Of a stretch of 64,000 bases of DNA, positions 48,803 through 61,300 are shown one piece after another; positions within the stretch are counted from its first letter, which is position 1, and each line of letters begins with the position of its first letter. Source of the DNA: Azolla caroliniana (Eukaryota; Plantae; Polypodiophyta); assembly GCA_043228905.1 (NCBI GenBank), contig JBHGNT010000005.1:16430001-16494000 (forward strand), given 5' to 3'. The notes under the pieces are model-generated. The model was not told where the DNA came from, searched no databases, and saw nothing but the letters and a program-made list of their open reading frames with translations. Both the position numbers and the translations under genes were made by a program.

Positions 48803-49441
48803 TGATGGGTTTACGATCCCTTCGGATGGGATGGTCGGATGTCGAAGATGAATACCGACAAGCCCGGTTTCGGTTTCGGAACCGGATGATGAAGACCCCG
48901 GTTTCGGAACCGGATGACGAATGTACCCGGAGCGAGATCCGGATGCAGGAACATATCCGTGAATATGTTTGCTATGGGCCCCTGAGGCTATAGTTGTAAT
49001 TAGCCCCAAAGTCATATATGTATAAATATGACTTAGGGCAAACTGTTTTGTTGTTGCTCATCATTTTTCTGTTTTTCCACTCTAGAGGAGTGAAGAGAGA
49101 GCAGCCGTGAGAGAGAGAGAGAGAGATAGAGCGTGAGAGAGGAAGAGGTCGACGCCTCTGTGTATTTCCGCCGCCTGTGGCGAGGACAGCGAGCTCAAGG
49201 TCGTCGCCTTGCAGCTCGCCATTGTATACTTCTCTGTATAGTGTTGGTTTGGAGTCTTGTACTCCCGTGGTTTTTCCCATCTAGGGTTTTCCACGTTAAT
49301 CCCTGTGTTCGCGTTTGTTTCTCCGTGTGGTTCCTATTTTCTGCTCCATCGATTCGTGCTTACTCGGTTGTGGCCGAGAGAAGAAGGTTAATCGAAGAGA
49401 CGATTCCCAACAAACTGGTATCAGAGCGACTGTTGCAGAAA

Positions 49442-50461
49442 ATGGAAGGCGGCGGCAGCGGCCAGCCGGGGATGATGGTGCTGAATGCACAGAATTACGC
49501 CGACTGGAAGATCAAGATGGAGGATCTTCTGATTGTTCGGGACCTGTACGAACCGATTGACAGGTCGGAAATACCGAAGGGAGTACTTGAGTCGGAGTGG
49601 AAGCTCCTGAACCGGAAAGCCGTAGCGACGATCCGACAATATGTCGATGTAAGCGTCCTACAACATGTAGCGAACGACACCAACGCATATGAGATGTGGA
49701 AGAAGCTGTCGGGCCTCTACAAGAGGAAGAATGCGTTGAACCGGACCTCCCTGATGAGGAAGATAGTGAATCTCAAGTACCGGGACGGCGAGAGTATGGT
49801 GGAACACGTAAGCACGTTCATGGGATTCGTGAATCAGCTTGCGGCGATCAAGTTCCCGTTGGAGGATGCAATGCAAGCCATCATCCTGATGTGTACATTG
49901 CCGGAAAGCTGGGAGAACTTGGTGGTGACTCTCAGCACCTCCTGCACCGAAGATAACTTGTCCTTACAAACGGTAAAGACAAGTATTTTGAACGAAGAAG
50001 CGCGTCGGAGAGACAAAGAACCGGCCTCCGACTCGAAGGCGCTGCTTACCGAATCGGATCGGGGAAGACAATGGAACCGGAGTCCGCAAAGACGGGAGAA
50101 GTCGGGGACCCGGTCGCAGTCAAGAGGAAGGCCCACATGCTTCCACTGTGGGAAGCCGGGGCACTTCCGAAAGAATTGTCGGCATTACCGAAAAGACAAC
50201 GGAGCCGACGACACCGATTCGAAGAAGTCACCGGAGAGAAACGGCGCATACCGGGGAGCCACGGACCGGAGAGGTTCGGATCGGCGAGGGCAGGACCGGA
50301 AAGGAACGACGGCACTCGCGGCAAGTGAGGAAGAAATCATGCTCATCACCGAAGAAGGTGAACTAAACATTGCCGGCGATGAGACGACCTGGGTGGTCGA
50401 TTCCGGAGCATCGTTCCACCTGACCCCGGAGAGAAGATACTTCTCATCCTACACAGGATGA
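49442..50461 (+). CDS. gag: Gag and protease N-terminus of I
   Basis: LNAQNYADWK, CFHCGKPGHFRKNC, WVVDSGASFH; ends at the deletion junction. Confidence 0.85.
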   Translation: MEGGGSGQPGMMVLNAQNYADWKIKMEDLLIVRDLYEPIDRSEIPKGVLESEWKLLNRKAVATIRQYVDVSVLQHVANDTNAYEMWKKLSGLYKRKNALNRTSLMRKIVNLKYRDGESMVEHVSTFMGFVNQLAAIKFPLEDAMQAIILMCTLPESWENLVVTLSTSCTEDNLSLQTVKTSILNEEARRRDKEPASDSKALLTESDRGRQWNRSPQRREKSGTRSQSRGRPTCFHCGKPGHFRKNCRHYRKDNGADDTDSKKSPERNGAYRGATDRRGSDRRGQDRKGTTALAASEEEIMLITEEGELNIAGDETTWVVDSGASFHLTPERRYFSSYTG

Positions 50462-52710
50462 ACAGGACCATAATGGAGAGGGTCCGGAGTATGCTGGCAC
50501 ATGCGAAGTTACCCAAGGGGTTTTGGGCTGAGGCAATGTCGACGGCGACATACGTGATAAACAGATCACCCTCAGCACCTTTGGACGGAGACACGCCGCA
50601 GAAAGTGTGGACCGGTAAAGAAGTGTCCTACCGGCATCTGAAGGTGTTCGGGTGTCTCGCATACGTGCATGTGGCAAAGGACCGGAGAGGAAAGCTAGAT
50701 CCAAAGACCCAGCCATGCATATTCCTCGGTTACGGCGACGACGAGTTCGGCTACCGTGTATGGGACCCGGTCGACAAGAAGATATTCAGGAGTCGAGACA
50801 TCATCTTCATGGAGGACAAGACACTCGCCGACTGGGAGTCGGAGAAGAAGATGAAGAGCTCCAAGTCGACCGGTGAGGATCAACTCTACGAGGAGCAGTC
50901 CCGACCGGCAAGGGACCGGTTAGCACTCGAGGATCCGGCCGAAGACGGTGAAGAAACAGAACCGGCCGAAGAAGATGAAAATGATACCGGAACCGACCCC
51001 GATCCCGAAATGGATTCGGATGAAGAAGAATCGGAAGAACCGATTACCGAAGCTCCGGAACGGAGATATCCTCTAAGAGAGAGAAGGGCCCCCCGGAGAT
51101 TTCCGGAACCAGAGCACGTGCTGCTAACCGACGAGGGGGAGCCGGAGAGCTTTGAAGAAGCGAAGCATGACACCCATAGCAGCAGGTGGTTAAGTGCCAT
51201 GCAGGACGAGATGGATTCCCTGCATGAGAACCACACATATGAACTTGTGGAGTTGCCGAAAGGAAAGCGGGCACTTCGTAACAAGTGGGTGTTCAAGCTG
51301 AAACCGGGAGATGCCGGAAACCCCCCGAGATACAAAGCCAGGATCGTGGTGAAGGGGTTTCAGCAGAAGAAGGGCGTCGACTTCGACGAGATATTTGCCC
51401 CGGTAGTGAAGATGACCTCCATCCGAACGGTGCTGAGCATAGCGGCAAGCATGGACCTCGAGGTAGAACAGATGGACGTGAAGACGGCATTCCTTCACGG
51501 TGACCTCGAAGAAGAGATCTACATGCAGCAACCGGAAGGATTCGAGAAGAAAGGGAAGGAGCACCTGGTATGCCGGTTGAAGAAGAGCCTTTACGGACTG
51601 AAGCAGGCTCCCCGGCAATGGTACCGAAAGTTCGACTCCTTCATGACCGACGAAGGGTACCTCAAAACGCAGTCCGACCACTGCGTGTTTGTGAATAAGT
51701 TCGAAGGAGGAGACTCTCTAATACTCCTCCTGTACGTGGACGACATGTTGATCGTCGGACGGGACCAGGTCAAGATACGGATGCTGAAGAAGGCTCTTCA
51801 CCGAACCTTCTCAATGAAGGACTTGGGTCCGGCGAGGCAAATACTAGGGATGCACATCATCCGGGACCGGAAGAAGAAGCAGTTGTGGCTGTCACAGGAG
51901 AAGTACGTGACGAAGGTGCTTCACCGGTTCAACATGTCGGAAGCAAGACCGGTCGGATCGACCCTCCCGGCAAACTGCAAGCTGTCCAGCAAGCAAAGTC
52001 CCAAGACAAAGGCTGAAAAGGAGGATATGATGAAAGTGCCGTATGCCTCAGCCGTCGAGAGCTTGATGTACGCCATGGTGTGTACGCGACCGGACATAGG
52101 ATATGCAGTCGGAGTGGTGAGCCGGTACATGAGCAATCCCGGCAAAGAACATTGGAACGCGGCCAAGTGGATACTCCGATACCTGAAGGGCACAGCAAAC
52201 GTGTGCCTCCGATTCGGCTCCGGTAAGCCCGAACTCGACGGCTTCACCGATTCGGATATGTCGGCTGATGCAGATACCAGCCGGTCCACATCAGGGTATG
52301 TGATGACGTATGCAGGGGGAGCTGTTTCATGGCAGTCGAGGCTGCAGAAGACGGTTGCGTTGTCAACCACGGAGGCGGAGTACATGGCAGCTGTTGAAGC
52401 CGGCAAGGAAATAATATGGATGAAGGACTTCATTAGAGAGCTCGGGATCCGGCAGGAGAAGTACCGACTCTACTGCGATAGTCAGCGCGCCATCCACCTT
52501 GCAAAGAACGCGGCCTACCATTCCCGGACGAAACACATCCAGCGTAGATATCACTGGATCCGGGAAAGGATAGAAGACAAGGAGTTCGTGCTGACGAAGA
52601 TCCACACGGACGAGAACGGGTCGGATATGCTGACCAAGGTGCTCACACCCGACAAGCTGGAAGCATGCCGGAAGAGGATCGGATTGGAGAGACATCCCAT
52701 GCCGAAGTGA
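50458..52710 (+). CDS. pol: Integrase C-terminus, RT and RNase H of I
   Basis: QMDVKTAFLHG, SLYGLKQAPRQW, LLYVDDML, ALSTTEAEY, HSRTKHI. Confidence 0.9.
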   Translation: MNRTIMERVRSMLAHAKLPKGFWAEAMSTATYVINRSPSAPLDGDTPQKVWTGKEVSYRHLKVFGCLAYVHVAKDRRGKLDPKTQPCIFLGYGDDEFGYRVWDPVDKKIFRSRDIIFMEDKTLADWESEKKMKSSKSTGEDQLYEEQSRPARDRLALEDPAEDGEETEPAEEDENDTGTDPDPEMDSDEEESEEPITEAPERRYPLRERRAPRRFPEPEHVLLTDEGEPESFEEAKHDTHSSRWLSAMQDEMDSLHENHTYELVELPKGKRALRNKWVFKLKPGDAGNPPRYKARIVVKGFQQKKGVDFDEIFAPVVKMTSIRTVLSIAASMDLEVEQMDVKTAFLHGDLEEEIYMQQPEGFEKKGKEHLVCRLKKSLYGLKQAPRQWYRKFDSFMTDEGYLKTQSDHCVFVNKFEGGDSLILLLYVDDMLIVGRDQVKIRMLKKALHRTFSMKDLGPARQILGMHIIRDRKKKQLWLSQEKYVTKVLHRFNMSEARPVGSTLPANCKLSSKQSPKTKAEKEDMMKVPYASAVESLMYAMVCTRPDIGYAVGVVSRYMSNPGKEHWNAAKWILRYLKGTANVCLRFGSGKPELDGFTDSDMSADADTSRSTSGYVMTYAGGAVSWQSRLQKTVALSTTEAEYMAAVEAGKEIIWMKDFIRELGIRQEKYRLYCDSQRAIHLAKNAAYHSRTKHIQRRYHWIRERIEDKEFVLTKIHTDENGSDMLTKVLTPDKLEACRKRIGLERHPMPK

Positions 52711-53333
52711 AGGGGGAGTTTGATGGGTTTACGATCCCTTCGGATGGGATGGTCGGATGTCGAAGATGAATACCGACAAGCCCGGTTTCGGTTTCGGAAC
52801 CGGATGATGAAGACCCCGGTTTCGGAACCGGATGACGAATGTACCCGGAGCGAGATCCGGATGCAGGAACATATCCGTGAATATGTTTGCTATGGGCCCC
52901 TGAGGCTATAGTTGTAATTAGCCCCAAAGTCATATATGTATAAATATGACTTAGGGCAAACTGTTTTGTTGTTGCTCATCATTTTTCTGTTTTTCCACTC
53001 TAGAGGAGTGAAGAGAGAGCAGCCGTGAGAGAGAGAGAGAGATAGAGCGTGAGAGAGGAAGAGGTCGACGCCTCTGTGTATTTCCGCCGCCTGTGGCGAG
53101 GACAGCGAGCTCAAGGTCGTCGCCTTGCAGCTCACCATTGTATACTTCTCTGTATAGTGTTGGTTTGGAGTCTTGTACTCCCGTGGTTTTTCCCATCTAG
53201 GGTTTTCCACGTTAATCCCTGTGTTCGCGTTTGTTTCTCCGTGTGGTTCCTATTTTCTGCTCCATCGATTCGTGCTTACTCGGTTGTGGCCGAGAGAAGA
53301 AGGTTAATCGAAGAGACGATTCCCAACAAATCT

Positions 53334-56132
53334 ACCAACCAGAGAACGGGCATCCCTCGACTACCAGGATGTTTTCGCTTGGTCTTACACCGATATGAAG
53401 GGGCTAGATACTCAATACTACCAACATCAAATCCACCTCTTACCCGACACTCGGCCAGTTCAGCAAAGGCGCTACAGGATGAACCCCAACTACGTCGCTA
53501 AAGTCAAAGAGGAAATCAACAAACTACTCCGAGTGGGCTTCATTCGCCCTATCAAACAGGCCACGTGATTGAGCCCGATCGTAGTAGTCCCAAAGAAGAA
53601 CGGAAAAATCCGCGTCTGCGTCGACTATCGGAAGCTTAACGCGGCAACAATGACCGACGGTTTCCCTCTCCCCTTCACGGACAACGTCCTCGACACGGTA
53701 GCCGGCCACGAATGCTACAGTTTCCTCGATGGGTTCAACGGCTATAACCAAATATGAATGCACCCAGAGGACCAGGAGAAAACCGCTTTCATCACGGAAT
53801 GGGGTGTTTTTGTGGCAGAAGTAATGATGTTCGGTCTAAAAACGGCGCCGGCTACGTTCCAGCGCATCATCACCGAAATCTTTCATGACTACATTCCGGC
53901 GTTCATGCAAGTCTTTCTCGATGATTTCGCCGTGTATGGCCATCGACGGGAACACATGACCCAGTTACGACTCTGCCTGGACTGATGTCGCCAAGCTCGA
54001 TTGAGCTTAAACCCGGCGAAATGCGCGTTCTTAGTCACCAGCGGCAACCTTCTCAGCCACATTGTCAGTCAAGAAGGCATTGCTATGGACCCGGATAAAG
54101 TAAAGGCCATCCTGACCGCCTCCGCACCCTCGAACACAAAGGCACTAAGCCGATTTTTGGGACAAATCCGATGGCACAGCCGAATGATACGACACCTAGC
54201 CGATTTCGCGACACCTTTACACGCGGCAGTCCATCGCCTTCCCTTCCAATGGACGTCACTCGAGGACACGGCCTATCAGACCCTGAAACTAATGCTCTCA
54301 CATGCCCCGGTGGTCCAACCTTCGGTTTGGTCCGAACCGTTTCATGTCTTCGTAGATGCTTCAGACATCACCATCGGAAGTGCCCTGATGCAATGCACAC
54401 CCCCGAATTGGTATAGGCCCGTGTACTACGCCAGCCGACGGCTCTCGACCGCGGAAAAGAATTACTCCACCACCGAGCGGGAGGCCCTCGGTATGATTTA
54501 TAGCATCAATAAATTCCAGCATTACCTCTTGGGCCGGAAGTTTACCTTTCACGTGGATCACTCGGCCCTTCTTTATTTGGTCAATAAACAAGCCCTCACC
54601 GGACGGTTGGCTCGGTGGATGCTCCTACTCCAAGAGTTTGATTTCTAGATTCAGCATCGACCCGGGGTACAACACGCCATCGCCGACTACTTGAGCCATC
54701 TTGAGTGAGGGGAACTGGCGAAAACAACGTACGACGAGCTACCTGACGCCAGCCTATTTAACCTGACCACGATGCCAGATGATAACGAAGATGAATGGAT
54801 CACGGAGATGACCCATTTTCTCACTACCGGTTTACCTCCCGAGCACATGCCCCTTGACAAGAGAAAACGCATAGCAATGCGTAGCCGGAATTTTTGCCTC
54901 ATCTCGGACATTCTCTACCACAAAGGCTCGGACGGCATATGGCGTCGAGCAATTCGGCAATTCGAGAAGAACGTCATTCTTCAGGAGGCCCACCAGCGAG
55001 TAGTTGGGGGGCACTACGCCGGGCATTCCACGGCAAGGAAGGTTTGGCAAAGCGGATTGTGGTGGCCGACAACGAAGAGAGACGCTCACGAGTTTTGCCG
55101 GCAGTGCGATTTGTGCCAACGATTGGGGCAACCAATGGAACAGTCACACATGTCACACCAGCCGATTCTTCCGTTGGACCCATTTCAAAAATGGGGTTTG
55201 GATTTTGTAGGCCCTTTCAAGCCACCCACAGCCCGTACAGGGAATAAGTATATTATCGTTGCCACGGACTACTGCACCAAATGGGTCGAGGCTAAGGCAC
55301 TCCGAGACAACACGACGGCATCCACGGCTAAATTTGTGTACAAGCATCTTTGGTGCCATTACGGATGCCCAATCGAGCTCGTTAGTGGCCAAGGTGGGCA
55401 CTTCATCAATCATATAATACGTGAGCTTACACACCACTACACGGTGGTGCACAAGAAAAGCACACCATACTACCCGCAGGCGAACGGCTTGGCGGAATCA
55501 ACCAATAAAATCCTCCAAACCATACTGAAGAAGATCGTCAATGAAAACAGGACCGATTGGGATGACAAACTCCAGAGCGCATTGTGAGCGTATCGTACGA
55601 CTTTCAAAACAAGCATCCAATCAACCCCCTTTCGAATGGCGTTCGGGTTAGAAGCCGTAATGCCCGTCGAGTTCCAAGTCCCGAGCCTCCGAGTTCAAGT
55701 CAAAGCACGGCTCCCCGAGGCCCAATCCGAGCAATACCGGCTGAACAACTCCTTAAACTCGGCGAAGACAGGATAGAGAGTATGGCCCTGCTCAAACAAC
55801 GCCAACGACAACGCAAGGCTTTCGTGGATCGACATCGAAACGGGTTGGAGAAGGAGCTCACCATCGGCAAACCGGTTCTTCTTTTTCAAACACGACTCGG
55901 GTCAATGCCGGGAAAATTAAGATTTCGGTGGACCGGTCCATTCTGGATTATCGACGAGTTCAACGGGACGTTCCAGCTCGGCACACTCGCCGGCGACACT
56001 GTCAAAAGCTGGGCCAATGGTTTCCGACTTCGACCATATCGAGGCACTACACCACCCAACCCGTTTACCGAGCCACACGGCACAAATGAGTTTCGGGAGA
56101 CCACCACGGAGGAGGCCACGTGTCCCCCTTAA
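53334..56132 (+). pseudogene. pol: RT, RNase H and integrase of F, with many stops
   Basis: CVDYRKLN, FLDGFNGYNQI, FGLKTAPATFQ, VFLDDF, FVDASD, WGLDFVGP, WTGPFWI. Confidence 0.92.
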
Positions 56133-56340
56133 TAAGGACTCACCCAGTTTTTTGAAATTAATAAAGTAGGTAGGATTAACCATAGTTTAGCCGCCGATTA
56201 GCTACACCTACACCACCCACCAAGGCACCCACAATTTAGGAGCACCCCTAGCCACCTCTCATTTAGTACCTATTTAAGCACATGCAAAGCACTCGAAGCA
56301 CCCCACTCACCTTCAGGACACGTGGCGCTAGTCACTTATT

Positions 56341-58336
56341 ATGGCACCCACGACTCTAAATCTTCAGGATTCGCTTCGGGCACAAAACCCTAGCAGTAAG
56401 TTACTAAAACCGTTTCCAAAACGCAGCACATACACAGAAGTTCATTATCGCTTCCAACCTCCATCGCTCTCAAGCTCAGAAGCCCCATCTCGCTCTCATC
56501 ACTCTAAACGCTCTAAACGCTCTTGCTCTCAAGCCCTCTTTCGCTATCATAGCCCCTTTGTCGAGCTTCCCCTTCCTGTTGTTCCTCCTCTGTCTCGCCC
56601 TCGCCTCATCACTCTTCCTCACTCTTCCACACAGTCAAACCCTGTCTCCATCTCCACCATGCCTCTTACCGCTTCAACAGAAACCCGCGCCTGGCTCAAG
56701 GAACGAGGAATGGGCGGTTACCTGAAGATCATCGATGCCCCCGCGCACCCGAATGCCCAAGGAGTGGCTAGACGTATTTGTCCCTAAGCCATCACCAACA
56801 AAGTGCTTCGGGCTGCTTTGGACCTGCAACGAGGAGGGGACCATGAGGTCGACATACCCCCGGCATCGAAGCTGAAAGAGTACTTCGGTGAGTACTCGGC
56901 CTCAGGGAAGGCATATCGCACGTATGGCGGTCCCAACAGAACTTTCGGGGAGATTGCTCGTATATTGATGGAGTATGCGTTCGTGCATACGAACCCGACG
57001 AGCATGCCGCAGAACATGGCAGCCATCATCATCGGCGCGTATGAAGGAAACAGAGTCGATTGGGGAATCATCACAGGCGAAGGACTCTGCGTCGCCTTAG
57101 CCTCATTCCAGTCAGGTAAGAAGATGTTGTCTGTTCTTACCCACTTTTTGATGGTTCTATACCCACCCTCTTCTCTTCCTTCCCCTCGGACACTCACGTC
57201 CCCACCACCACCACGAAAGCAGAGAGAGAAATTGGTTTCCATCAGCCACTAAGCATGGGAGGAGCCCACACCGCCTTCACTTCCTGCCGCCGACCAAAAC
57301 CCCGCATCGGCACCACCACCCACCCAACCCCAACAAAAAAGGGCAGTTTCCGAGACCTACCGAGAATGGGAGGAGGAGATAGCCACGGAGGACAACACGG
57401 AAGACGATGTCACCATTCAATAGCCAACGCCGCGTCCCTCGATAACTCCCCTAGAGCCTAGCCCACGCCCCAACACACAACAGGCAGCACCACCACGACC
57501 CCAGAAAAGGAAGCAGGCGGAGGAAACGACACCACCGGCCCCGGAACCCCAAACCCAGCCGAGCAAGAAAAGACGACTCAACCACGAGTCCTTGGCAGAA
57601 CAGAAAGAGCCACAACAGGAGAAAGCCTTAGTTGTCAGCTAGAGCAACCTGGCCATCATCCCTGATGAGGCATCGCTGAACCAGGGAAAGGTCGAGCATG
57701 GGCAGACAACGCAGATCTCGGAGGATGAAGTCCTCGGTTATAAAGACCTCCCCGCAGAGGCATACGAATTTAGTGTGCTCCTACGCCTCGGTATGACATT
57801 CGAGCTAGTGGACTTCCTCGCCAGAGCCCAAGTCGCGGCAGCCGTTCGAATGGCGCAAGAGCACACCGAAACAAAAATGATTCAACGTGGGCTATTAGGT
57901 GAAATTGAGCCCAACGACGACAGGGCTTTACAAAAAATAGGGAGGAAGAAGCAGGCAAAACAGGCCGCTCTCCTCATGGAGGTCCCCGAGTTGAACACGG
58001 CCCTTATTCAGGCATATAGGGACCTGGATCGCACTACGCAAGCAGCCAAAGACATGGCCCGAGAGATAAAAATAGCCCAAAAATAGGCTAAGGTGGCTAC
58101 GGAATTATGGCACGCTGCGAAACGGAAACTGGCAGCTTGGGAGCAAAACCGGCCAGAACAACAACTCTTGAGCCTTCCAGCCACGACCACCGAGGCCCTC
58201 CCAGCCCCTCCACGCATAACAATGATAGATGAAAGCACCGTCACGGATTCAATCCTGACGATCCAGGCCAGCACACTAACAGACTCGTTACAAATGATCG
58301 ATGCCTGCACAACAACCGAGGCGGCCATGCCCATGG
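56341..58336 (+). pseudogene. Accessory ORF of F (stops and frameshifts, truncated)
   Basis: Colinear similarity to D 11917-13362. Confidence 0.72.
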
Positions 58337-61300
58337 AGAATGTACAACAGTGAGTTCACGGAGGCAACGACCTCGTGCTCACGATCCTCGCCACAGGCGG
58401 CGGTTACAACAGAGGCAACAACCTCTTTCTCTCTCTCTCTCTCTATACACAATTCCGCGCTCTCTCTCTCCTTGCACCAACAAGAATAACAACTAACAAA
58501 AAGTTTGCCCTAAGTCATATTTATACTAATATGACTTTTCGGCTATTTACAAATATAGCCATGATGGACTCTCAAAAACATATTTACTAATATGTCTCTT
58601 CATCCGGTGAGCACTCCTCACCGGGTCTGCACCATCCGGCTCTCCGTAGCTGGGTACTCCTCATCCGGTCCTCACCAGGTCTGCACCATCCAGCTCTCCG
58701 TAGCCGGGTACTCGTCATCCGGTTCTCACCGGGTCTGCACCATCCGGCTCTCCGTAGCCGGGTACTCCTCATCCGGTTCTCACCGGGTCTGCACCATCCG
58801 GCTCTCCGTAGCCGGGTACTCCTCATACGGTTTCGGCCGAGTTTGTTCATCAGCATTGTTCTTCTCCCTTCCCATCCGGAGGGACCTGTCTCCCAACAAA
58901 CTCCCCCTTCACTCCGGCATGGGGTGTCTTACTAGTCTGATCCTCTTCCGGCATGCATCCAGCTTGTCGGGTATCAACACTTTGGTCAGCATATCTGACC
59001 CGTTCTCAGCCGTGTGGATCTTCGTCAGCGCGAACTTCTGGTCATCTACTCTTTCCCGGATCCAGTGATACCTTCGTTGGATATGCTTCGTCCGGGAATG
59101 GTAGGTCGCATTCTTAGCAAGGTGGATGGCACTTTGACTGTCGCAATAGAGCCGGTATTCATCTTGCCGAATACCGAGCTCTTCGATGAAGTTCTTCATC
59201 CATAATATTTCCTTGCCGGCTTCCACAGCCGCCATGTACTCCGCCTCCGTTGTTGACAACGCAACCGTCTTCTGCAGCCTCAACTGCCACGAAACAGCTC
59301 CCCCTGCATATGTCATTACATACCCGGATGTGGACCGGCTGGTATCCACATCAGCCGACATGTCCGAATCGGTGAAACCGTCAAGTTGAGGTTTTCCGGA
59401 GCCGAATCGGAGACACATATTTGAAGTGCCCTTCAAATACCGGAGTATCCATTTGACCGCGTTCCAGTGCTCCTTGCCGGGATTGCTCATAAACCGGCTC
59501 ACCACTCCGACTGCGTATCCTATATCCAGTTGGGTACAAACCATTGCGTACATCAAGCTCCCGACGGCAGAGGCATATGGAATCTTCATCATATCCGCCT
59601 TCTCTGCTTTCGTCTTCGGGCTTTGCTTACTGGATAGCTTGCAGTTTGCCGGAAGTGTCGATCCGACCGGTTTCGCATCTTACATGTTCAACCGGTGAAG
59701 CACCTTTGTCACGTACTTCTCCTGTGACAGCCATAATTGCTTTGCTGACCGGTCCTGAATGATGTGCATCCCCAGCATCTGTCTTGCCGGACCCAAGTCT
59801 TTCATTGAGAAGGTCCGGTTGAGAGCCTTCTTCAGCATCCGTATTTTGACTTGGTCCCATCCGACGATCAACATGTCGTCCACGTACAGAAGGAGTATCA
59901 GGAAGTCGCCTCCTTCGAACTTCTTCACAAACACGCAGTGATCGGCCTGTGTCTTGTGGTACCCTTGATTGGTCATGAAGGAGTCGAACTTCCGGTACCA
60001 TTTTCGGGGGGCCTGCTTCAACCCGTAGAGGCTCTTCTTCAACCGGCAAATCAAGTGCTCCTTCCCTTTCTCCACAAATCCTTCCGGTTGCTGCATGTAG
60101 ATCTCCTCTTCGAGGTCACCATGAAGGAATGTCATCTTCACGTCGAGGTCCATGCTTGCCGCTATACTCAGCACCGTCCGGATGGAGGTCATCTTTACTA
60201 TCGGGGCAAATATCTCGTCGAAGTCCACGCCCTTCTTCTGTTGGAACCCCTTCACCACGATCCTGGCTTTGTATCTTGGGGGGTTGCCGGCATCTCCCGG
60301 TTTCAACTTGTACACCCACTTGTTTCGGAGTGCCCGCATTCCTTTCGGCAACTCCACCAATTTGTACATATGGTACTCATGCAGGGAATCCATCTCGTCC
60401 TGCATGGCACTTAACCATTTTCGGTTGTGGGTGTCATCCTTCGCTTCTTTGAAGCTTTCCGGCTCCCCCTCATCGGTCAGCAGAACATGCTCTGCATCCG
60501 GAAATCTCTGGGGGGCCCTTCTCTCTCTGATAGGATATCTCCGTCTTCGGGCTTTGGTAACCGGCTCCTCCATTTGCTCTTCATCTGAATCTGATTTGGG
60601 GTCTTGGCAGGTTCCGGTTTCAGCTTCCTCTACTTCTTCTTCTGCCGGTTCGATATCCTCACCGTAACCGGCTGGCTCCTCGAGTGCTAACCAGTCTCTT
60701 GCCGGTTGGGTCTGTTCATTGTAGAGTCTATCCTTACCGGTCGACTCGGAGTTCATTATCTTCTTCTCCGACTCCCAGTCAGCGAGCGTCTTGTCCTCCA
60801 TGAAGATAATATCTCGACTCTGGAATACCTTCTTGTCGACCAGGTCCCACACTCGGTAGCCGAACTCATCGTCATCGTAACCGAGGAATATGCATGGCCG
60901 GGTCTTTGGATCTAACTTTCCTCTCCGGTCCTTAGCTACATGCACGTACGCGAGACACCCGAACACCGTCAGATGCCGGTAGGACACTTCCTTACCGGTC
61001 CAAACTCTCTGTGGCGTGTCTCCGTCCAAGGGTACTGAGGGTGATCTGTTTATCACGTATGTCGTCGTCGACAATGCCTCAGCCCAAAACTTCTTGGGTA
61101 GTTTTGCATGCGCTAGCATACTCCGAACCCTCTCCATTATGGTCCGGTTCATCCTCTCAGCCAACCCGTTTAGTTCCGGCGTATTCGGCACAGTAAATTC
61201 GAGCCGGATTCCCTTCGAGCGGCAGTACTCCTCGAACTGCCCCCGGTATTCTCCTCCGTTATCTGCTCGAACCGCCTTCAGCTTCCGGCCAGTTTCTCTT

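Larger units (their letters stand above)
48803..53328 (+). mobile_element. Element I: young Ty1/Copia (Tnt1-like) with an internal integrase deletion
   Basis: Near-identical LTRs 48803-49412 and 52721-53328; TSD AATCT; PBS TGGTATCAGAGC 49416-49427; PPT AGGGGGAG 52711-52718. Confidence 0.96.
45672..58336 (+). mobile_element. Element F: Athila-like Gypsy (relative of D and E), 3'-truncated, split by Copia I
   Basis: 5' LTR 45672-46172; PBS TGGCACGCCCGGT 46178-46190; gag, protease, RT, RH, IN and accessory ORF in order. Confidence 0.9.

Noticed and set aside
50451-50460. Deletion in I as a spliced intron
   Set aside because: The homologous region of J shows no GT donor at the matching position; the I-family sequence is not available, so splicing is unsupported.
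58604-58830. 54-bp repeats (also 63405-63630, and 39-bp repeats at 6615-6795) as a CRISPR array or repeat protein
   Set aside because: Head-to-tail units with no unique spacers, inside Copia LTRs; the ORFs over them result from unit lengths divisible by 3.
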